Source: Candidatus Latescibacterota bacterium (GTDB lineage Bacteria; Latescibacterota; UBA2968; GCA-2709665). From it: DNA of 64,000 nucleotides. Of this stretch, positions 57,582-64,000 are shown piece after piece. Under the pieces are notes generated by a model. The model saw only the letters and a list, made by a program, of their open reading frames with translations. It ran no database searches and had not been told where the DNA came from. The first letter of the stretch is position 1, and every line of letters begins with the position of its first letter. The stretch covers positions 11,916 to 75,915 of the forward strand of contig CAXXJS010000011.1 of the NCBI GenBank assembly GCA_963662665.2, in the 5' to 3' direction. Both the position numbers and the translations under genes were made by a program.

Positions 57582-59675
57582 TCACTCCCACGCCACCACA
57601 ACCGGGACGACACCGTCGGCGTGGGTGATCCGGAGTCGATACCGGAGGAACTCCGAATCAACAGTGGCGTCTTCCATACAGGATTCCTCCGTGAGGCCGT
57701 TGAACATCCGGGAAGGACGCTTTCCCCGCGGAATCCGGAAACGGAGGGACACGTCTGCCTCCGCTCCGAGATAGGAAGCAACGATGGCGATGGCGTATCG
57801 CGGCCCCACCTGGGGGAGGAACTGAAACGTATTGATCCCCCGCCGGTCCCAATGCCGAAGGCGCTGATACGCCGTGACCGGCGGAAAATCCTCCACCTCG
57901 ATCCACGCCGGTTGGCTTGCAAGGGACTTAATCACGTTCCGAATAAGGCGGCCCGTATGGTTCGGAAGCTTCGCCAGAGGTTCATAACCCGGCTCACGGT
58001 GATGGAACACCGGGTCTCCCGCCAGATAGACGAACCTTCCTTTTCCCACACTGCTTGATACCATGCCCGGCGCTCCCGTGTCGCGCCCTTCGGCATCCAC
58101 GAGCGTCGCCCAGACCTCCCCTTCCACGTGCCCGACCTCGTACGGATTCTCCAACACCACCGGAGCCGTGACGTTCTGCCGCACCGGGCAGGCGTCCGTG
58201 AAGGAAAGGCGGTACTGTCCCGTCAGCCTGTCGCCGTTACCTGCCACCCCCCAACGCGACGGCAAGCCCTCGTGTACGGCCCTGCCCTCGTCGTCGCACC
58301 GGCCCAGGTCCGCGAACGCCAGAATCCCCCCACCGTCCTCCAGATGGGACGTGAGCAGGTTTCCCTGCCGTTCCGACAGACAGCAGACGTGGGGCATTAC
58401 CAGCGGCCCGTTCCGACTGAGGTCGGTCTCATCCAGGCGGCTGTCCCACACGAACGCATAGGGCAGCCCCTCGTCCCGCAACGTCCGGGCGAACGGATGG
58501 ATCGCCAGGGCGTCGTAGTCCACGTCGTGATACCGCCACACTTCGCTCTGGATGGAATGGAACAGGCTGCATGCAATTTCGGGTTCCGTTTCCTTGAGAT
58601 AACGGTCCAGGCGGAGCGTCTCCATATACCCCTCGTACTGGGCGGGAGACGTCCTCAACGTCTCATAACACCACGGACTCACGTACTCCGCGCCCACCGC
58701 ATACGGCAGGATACCGATCCACTGCCCGTCCTTGCGCGTCATCTCCAGGGACGTGCCGGGACAGAATGCCTGTACGGCAAGGCGCAACGGCTTACCCTGA
58801 AGTGCGCCGACGAAGATCGAGGCCATGTCCAGGACAATGGTAAAACGAGGCGCGAACTCATGGGTTCCGCGGGAGACGCCATGGTAGATCCCCGTGTTCA
58901 TCGAATCCAGCACGCGGCTCATCGCTCCCACGTCCACTGCGGAAGCCCACGGCCGGATCCCCATCAATTCAGTACACGCAGTTGCCATTCCCACCCCCAG
59001 TTCCGGGCGAACTGCCCGCACCGCGTCGCGGAACTCGGCGTGCACCGCCGTCCACTGTTCAAACCGCCATCTGATCCAATCCCGCCACAGCGGGTCCGTC
59101 CAATCGATCCTCGTCGGCGGTTCCTCGCCAACGTGTTCTGCAAAGCGCCCGCGGCAGGCGTCGCAGTAACAGGCCATCTCGCCGTACGCGCCCAGGAAAC
59201 CCTCGTCGTTCAGATAGACGAACCGGAGCGCGGGAATTTCGGCCAACGCGCACAGCTCCTCCTTATACTGACGCTTATTGGCCTCATTGAAGGGACAGAG
59301 CCAGTTCACGTTCCTGATGCGTCCTTCCACCGAGGCCAACGGCGCGGGGGCCTGAGGTGATGCGGTCTCCCCGCTTCTGTCGCCGGATCCGTCGTCCCGA
59401 AGGACCATCCGCCGCTCCGGATGGGCCAGCACAACCTGCTCGTGATATTTCATATACCCGGTGTTCACGAGCACGCCCATCCCCTCTTTTTCGGCAAGCC
59501 TCCCCACTTCCATCGCCGTGGCGAGACGAAGTCCCCCGATATCCAGCCCGGATTCCACCTTGTTCACGAAAAAGTAAAGGTCTGTGAAGCCCAATTTGCT
59601 GACTTCGGGAACGATCTCAGCAGGTTCCCAATCTCCCGGGATGTGAAGATGGGCGAGACGTCGGATTTCACGCAT
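57582..59675 (-). CDS. Glycoside-hydrolase-like protein (TIM barrel plus GH42-type trimerisation/GATase-like domain)
   Basis: LCPFN, LNDEG, CYCDAC..RF, WRDWIRWR and LVMPHVCCLS...GGG; AGGAG RBS before the ATG at 59675. Confidence 0.7.
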   Translation of the reverse strand: MREIRRLAHLHIPGDWEPAEIVPEVSKLGFTDLYFFVNKVESGLDIGGLRLATAMEVGRLAEKEGMGVLVNTGYMKYHEQVVLAHPERRMVLRDDGSGDRSGETASPQAPAPLASVEGRIRNVNWLCPFNEANKRQYKEELCALAEIPALRFVYLNDEGFLGAYGEMACYCDACRGRFAEHVGEEPPTRIDWTDPLWRDWIRWRFEQWTAVHAEFRDAVRAVRPELGVGMATACTELMGIRPWASAVDVGAMSRVLDSMNTGIYHGVSRGTHEFAPRFTIVLDMASIFVGALQGKPLRLAVQAFCPGTSLEMTRKDGQWIGILPYAVGAEYVSPWCYETLRTSPAQYEGYMETLRLDRYLKETEPEIACSLFHSIQSEVWRYHDVDYDALAIHPFARTLRDEGLPYAFVWDSRLDETDLSRNGPLVMPHVCCLSERQGNLLTSHLEDGGGILAFADLGRCDDEGRAVHEGLPSRWGVAGNGDRLTGQYRLSFTDACPVRQNVTAPVVLENPYEVGHVEGEVWATLVDAEGRDTGAPGMVSSSVGKGRFVYLAGDPVFHHREPGYEPLAKLPNHTGRLIRNVIKSLASQPAWIEVEDFPPVTAYQRLRHWDRRGINTFQFLPQVGPRYAIAIVASYLGAEADVSLRFRIPRGKRPSRMFNGLTEESCMEDATVDSEFLRYRLRITHADGVVPVVVAWE

Positions 59676-59764
59676 CCTGAATTCTCCTATCCGGGACTTC
59701 CCCACGTCGAAATGTCGGCCCGGGGACGAATTTTCGAACGCCGACCAGGGAAACAGGTTACGAT

Positions 59765-60868
59765 TCAACCGGCGTACGCGACCTCGGTGTAGCTGTCTTT
59801 GTCCAGCGGAAACGGATGCACGCGCATCCTGCGGTCCCTGGAAGTCAGGAAGATCGCGTGCGAGGTCATCCAGTTCGCAATGTTGGCGCCCGGCATCTGA
59901 AGGATGCGGCCGGGAGCGTGCAGGTCGAACGAGAAGTCGATCAGGTCGTCCAACGTGCGCATCTGCGCGAACGTCTCCCGGTGGTATTCCAGGTAATGTA
60001 CGCGATTCTGCGAGTTGTAATAATATGGGCTCGTCCAGAACTTCGGTAGTCTGTCCCGGGCCGGATTCTGCAGGTCCGGATGCTGCCAGTGGTTCACCTC
60101 CAGCACCATACCGTCACGCGGTTCCCGAAAGGCGATGTTTTCCGATTCGAGTTCGAAACCCAGGATATTGCCCCGGGCGTCCACGGCCGTTCCGGTAAGC
60201 CCTTTCAGGCCTGAAATCCGGTACTCCGTAAGAAAACGCCTGACGTCATCGCAGTCCTTGCAATGCTGAGGCACAAGCCCCGTGATCTGAAAGAGGCTGA
60301 CGTGTTCCGGATTGTCGGGCCAGTGGAACTTAGGCGCCCCGGACGCCCAGCCCGTCAGCAGGCCGGCATCGTTGACCGACGTGTGGACCACACAGAAGTG
60401 ATGTCCGCCCTGGCCGACGTACCCGTGCGGCCTGCAATCCGGAAAAGCGGCCACGAAGCGATCCTTGAGGAAATAGGCCGTCCCGGCGGCATCGGAAGGA
60501 TCATACGTCCTCAACAGGGTCGGTCCGTCTTCCCGAAGCAGGATTCCGAACGCGGAACACGATTCTTCCTCCCGACCTGTGTTGACGATGTGCAGATAGT
60601 AGGTTTGGTCGAAATTCTCGATTCCCGCCGCCGCGCCGTATGCCTCCATCCGTTCCATGAAATCCGGAAACTCACGCCGCATGAACGCCATGTTCTTCCG
60701 AAAGTAAGGATGATCGAAATCGTGAGGCCACGTCAACCACTCATCAAGCCGCGTACGCACAAAATCCGGGTCGAGCGAACCGTGCGCCCTGCCCATCTCG
60801 GCGGGGCTTCCCCGGAACACGTGGAATTTCACCGCACCTTCGCGTAGCAATACCACGGGTTCACCCAT
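59765..60868 (-). CDS. C45 family Ntn-hydrolase (acyltransferase/peptidase)
   Basis: GSPAEMGRAHG, SCSAFG autocleavage Cys, LRTYD, VNDAGL and VNH. Confidence 0.75.
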   Translation of the reverse strand: MGEPVVLLREGAVKFHVFRGSPAEMGRAHGSLDPDFVRTRLDEWLTWPHDFDHPYFRKNMAFMRREFPDFMERMEAYGAAAGIENFDQTYYLHIVNTGREEESCSAFGILLREDGPTLLRTYDPSDAAGTAYFLKDRFVAAFPDCRPHGYVGQGGHHFCVVHTSVNDAGLLTGWASGAPKFHWPDNPEHVSLFQITGLVPQHCKDCDDVRRFLTEYRISGLKGLTGTAVDARGNILGFELESENIAFREPRDGMVLEVNHWQHPDLQNPARDRLPKFWTSPYYYNSQNRVHYLEYHRETFAQMRTLDDLIDFSFDLHAPGRILQMPGANIANWMTSHAIFLTSRDRRMRVHPFPLDKDSYTEVAYAG

Positions 60869-61203
60869 TGGAATCTCCTCATACACCGCCGTTTCTCACA
60901 AAAAACAGACACTCCGGAATGGGAAGAGCCACAAGACAGAAACGGCAGCCCCCTGGGCTGCCGTCCCTACGGCGTGAATCCTGAAAAAGTCGCTGAAAAC
61001 CAAAAATAGGCATCCAAAGGTATTGGCAGGTCGCGGTACCCCCGCGAAAAGGTGTACGAACAGTTCTTTTCAACCGGTCGCAAAGACACATCGCCTGGGA
61101 GCGAATCCGTCCTTGGGGCCCATCGTGAGATGTCTTGTCCTGCGGACCCGATTCGCGCCGGCTGCCGCCGTATCATCAATTGAAGACTTGTGTCGTGGAT
61201 GTG

Positions 61204-61527
61204 TCAGGTTGCCTCGAAGTGAATTACCTGACCGCGTTTCAAATTCGGCAAGGCTTCCAGGATGCGGGGAATCAGGGGCTCGAGGTGATCTCTCCGACTC
61301 CTTTTTGCGTTGAGCACGATAATTGGAATGTCATGATCGGCTATGTTCTGCTGATGTTCCAGATTCTGGTCGAGCGTAATGAACGCGTCGAATTCGTGTC
61401 GGGCCAATTCAAGGAGTTCACCATTGCTCTTGCCGCTCCATCCCCTGCGCCTGACTGTCGAAACGTCGTACCCGATTAACTCCCCCCGTAGTTGCGTTGG
61501 CACTGACTCATCGAGCAGCAGTTTCAT
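61204..61527 (-). CDS. DUF5615 PIN-like toxin
   Basis: MKLLLDESVP...GWSGKSNGELL...FITLDQNLEHQQN. Confidence 0.9.
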   Translation of the reverse strand: MKLLLDESVPTQLRGELIGYDVSTVRRRGWSGKSNGELLELARHEFDAFITLDQNLEHQQNIADHDIPIIVLNAKRSRRDHLEPLIPRILEALPNLKRGQVIHFEAT

Positions 61528-61768
61528 AAGCAATACTCTCCAGGACTTCCCTCGCCATATCGATCGTCTTGATTGCCTGTTCGCGGCTTACACCCGGAAA
61601 ATCATCCAGAAATTCGTCCAGATTGTATCCACCCGCCAGGTAATCAAACAGGTTCTTCAGTGGCACTCGTGTTCCGACAAAAATTGGAGTACCACTGACA
61701 AAGCCCTCCTGGCTGTGAAATACGCCTCGATCGATCGTGAGAATCAGTTCTTCGGTTGTTTGTGGCAT
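61508..61768 (-). CDS. DUF433 antitoxin
   Basis: SGTPIFVGTRVPLKNLFDYLAGGYNLDEFLDDFPGVSREQA. Confidence 0.92.
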   Translation of the reverse strand: MPQTTEELILTIDRGVFHSQEGFVSGTPIFVGTRVPLKNLFDYLAGGYNLDEFLDDFPGVSREQAIKTIDMAREVLESIAYETAAR

Positions 61769-61945
61769 GTTATTCCTCCACTGGACTGTCTCAGAATAGT
61801 GCCGTGACTCGCCGCGCTCTTCCGCTTCTCTTTCCCGGCAGATATCGACGATTTTCCGATATACCCTAACGCGGCTTCGCTATGCTCAGCCGCAACCAAA
61901 TAGGTGGCAATGATCGGGCGAGCCCGTTTGAAGGTTCAATCACTC

Positions 61946-62026
61946 CCCCCTTGAGGGGGAGTCGCAGAAGCCGAGCCGATCCCTGAGCTTGTCGAAGGGC
62001 CGGCGACGGCTGATGCGGTGGGGGGA
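61946..62026 (+). repeat. REP-like repeat
   Basis: CTCCCCCCTTGAGGGGGAG hairpin, plus a ~45-bp stretch shared with about 16924-16968. Confidence 0.7.
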
Positions 62027-62400
62027 TTTCAACGCCTTACCGTATGCAAGCAGCATGATCAAACATCTACGCATCTTGCGTTGAAGGCTTACTGTAAGAC
62101 CCTAGCCGAGTGCGTTAGCATTCAGTTCGATCAGGTTCCGGGAGGTTCCGACGAAACGATGCCCGCAATAATCTTCAGTCAATCCAGAGCGGCATGCCGA
62201 ATGGACCTCCGCAGATTCCGGTATTGAATTTCCGCACCACTGCTCAAATATGTGCCATTTCCGAGTATAGCTCAAGCGGTTTTTGAAAACCGTTACGTTC
62301 ATTCCCGATCGGAAACTCCCAATAGGATCGTTATGCCAGACGTACAGAAGCATCGGATCGTGATATTACGCCAGATGGAACTGCTCTCAGTTCTCGAAAA

Positions 62401-62466
62401 AGAACCCGTCTGAAAACCCCGCAAGCCTCGTGATAGAGGCTTATCAGGTGTTTCCAGACGGGTTCT
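62401..62466. repeat. Short inverted-repeat element (mini-MITE or terminator)
   Basis: AGAACCCGTCTGAAAAC...GTTTCCAGACGGGTTCT with inner AAGCCTC/GAGGCTT arms. Confidence 0.55.
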
Positions 62467-62497
62467 CGGACGATCGACCTCTACCCGACCGTTCGGG

Positions 62498-64000
62498 CTA
62501 CTTGAGGTAGAGCAGTCGCTGCGTCTGCACACCGCCAGGATAGCTCAGGCTTGCGATATAGACGCCCGTGGACAGCAAGGCGCCCACTTCGTCGCGCGCA
62601 TCCCATTTGACCTGGTAGCTTCCCGCGGCCCGGGACTCGTCCACCAGCGTCCGTACGGGCTGGCCCAGCACGTTGTAGATTACAAGCTTCACGGGACCAG
62701 GGCTGGCCAGGTGGTAGGTGATCAGCGTGGCGCTGTTGAACGGGTTGGGCGAATTGGGCGCCAGACCGCTGGCTTCCGGCACGGCCTCCGCTCCAAACGC
62801 AGGTTTGGCAGCAACGACCGGCTCCGCCGCAGCCAGCGATATGACCTTTACGACCCTCGCGCCGCCGCCCAGCGTCAGTTCCAGGGCCTGGCGGCGCCCT
62901 TCGTTCAAAGGTATGCTGCTCCACCGGCCCACGACCTCGCCGTCGGCGTTGGTGGCGCGGGCACGATAGTAACCACTCGTCCCATCCGCGCTGGAGATGG
63001 TCAGCGACACAAGGCCGGCAGCATCGGTGACAGCGCTCCACGCGTAGTCGGACCCACGCCCGGCGATGGCGCGGGAAAATTCGACGTCCAACCCCTCGAC
63101 GGCGTCACCCAGCACCGTGACATCCACGACCGTGCGGGGACCCGTCGCGACAACGTCGGGTGCGCGTCCATAGAATCCCGAACCGACGATGAAGTCAGCC
63201 GAGACTGTGCTTCCGTCTGCCCTCTGGAGTTCTGCGGCGAATTCGCGGGCGTAGCCCACCTTGGGGATATCTGCGCGGTCGGTGTCGTCAGTGGGGTCGT
63301 CGAAGTAATACTGCACGAAGCCGCCTTCCGGGCTACCCTTCGCCGCCTCGATCACCTGCGGCAGAATGAACTCCCCTGTCACGGCGTCGGTGACGGTGGG
63401 TATCAGAGGTCGATATTCGTATCTGTCCGGGAAGGCTGCATGAAACGTGATGACGTTGCTGACAATATCCAGGATGTAAAGGTAAACTGATCCGTGCCTC
63501 CAGGGCCCGTCCGGGTCCCGCAAGGCGATCCTGAATTTCGAGCCGGCGGCTGCATCGCCGGAGTTCAGGATTTCAAGCACGTACTCTCCCGCTTGCGTAA
63601 CGAAGGCCTTCAAACTTTCCCGGTCCACCACCTCCTCGGCGGTGACGGCAGGGTCGCCGTAATCGATGTCTTCCTCAACCACGTGAGATTCATTGAGATC
63701 GAATCCGACCAGCAGCAAAACCGGACCCCCCAGGTTAGACGACACATAGACTGCGGCGTGGCCCGAAGCGCCGGGAATACCTGGCGACAGACCCGGGATT
63801 GGGCCGGTCGCGTCGAATGCGCCGTCCGGTTCCTGCGACAATGTGCCCATGAGTGAGCCGAACGCCTGCGCGGCAACGGCAGGATCGGGAGATGCCAGAT
63901 TGGTCAGATCGGTTAAGGGTACTCCCAGCGCGGAAAGGATCGATCCATAAATTACCGGATTGAGCAGCCTGCCCGACAGCGCCATGTCCTTCGCGTGAAT
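62498..64000 (-). CDS. Secreted protein with Cache domain and C-terminal FlgD-Ig-like sorting domain; runs off the right edge
   Basis: WRHGSVYLYI...FHAAFP...GGFVQYYFDDP...KVGYA...VGSGFY (Cache); NSPNPFNSATLITY...IYNVLGQPVRTLV...WDARD...GVY tail. The frame stays open to the window end. Confidence 0.8.
   Translation of the reverse strand: MHAKDMALSGRLLNPVIYGSILSALGVPLTDLTNLASPDPAVAAQAFGSLMGTLSQEPDGAFDATGPIPGLSPGIPGASGHAAVYVSSNLGGPVLLLVGFDLNESHVVEEDIDYGDPAVTAEEVVDRESLKAFVTQAGEYVLEILNSGDAAAGSKFRIALRDPDGPWRHGSVYLYILDIVSNVITFHAAFPDRYEYRPLIPTVTDAVTGEFILPQVIEAAKGSPEGGFVQYYFDDPTDDTDRADIPKVGYAREFAAELQRADGSTVSADFIVGSGFYGRAPDVVATGPRTVVDVTVLGDAVEGLDVEFSRAIAGRGSDYAWSAVTDAAGLVSLTISSADGTSGYYRARATNADGEVVGRWSSIPLNEGRRQALELTLGGGARVVKVISLAAAEPVVAAKPAFGAEAVPEASGLAPNSPNPFNSATLITYHLASPGPVKLVIYNVLGQPVRTLVDESRAAGSYQVKWDARDEVGALLSTGVYIASLSYPGGVQTQRLLYLK

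Overview
A GC-rich bacterial chromosomal window. The gene content (NHL, WD40 and FG-GAP surface proteins with C-terminal dockerin-like EF-hand tags, many Gfo/Idh/MocA enzymes, a DUF6785-type membrane protein, an FlgD-Ig-tailed secreted protein) resembles Latescibacterota/Gemmatimonadota/Poribacteria-like lineages; that taxonomy is inference only. It holds a housekeeping run (lepA-lepB-hemW-thrB-SLBB export protein-Wzz-like-short MetE-like-giant NHL/FG-GAP protein-tsaC), recD2/nagA, a sugar-phosphate operon, a FadR-linked 9-gene corrinoid-dependent methyl-transfer operon, catabolic operons, a DUF433/DUF5615 toxin-antitoxin pair and many small intergenic repeats. The main find is a 191-192 bp MITE family in 3 copies with matching YTAA target duplications. 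One copy is split at nt 13/14 by a 756-nt ORF-less group II intron whose EBS1 exactly complements the MITE sequence, and an intact empty target site is present in another copy. No tRNA, rRNA or CRISPR array was seen. All product calls come from motif recognition by eye, not database searches.
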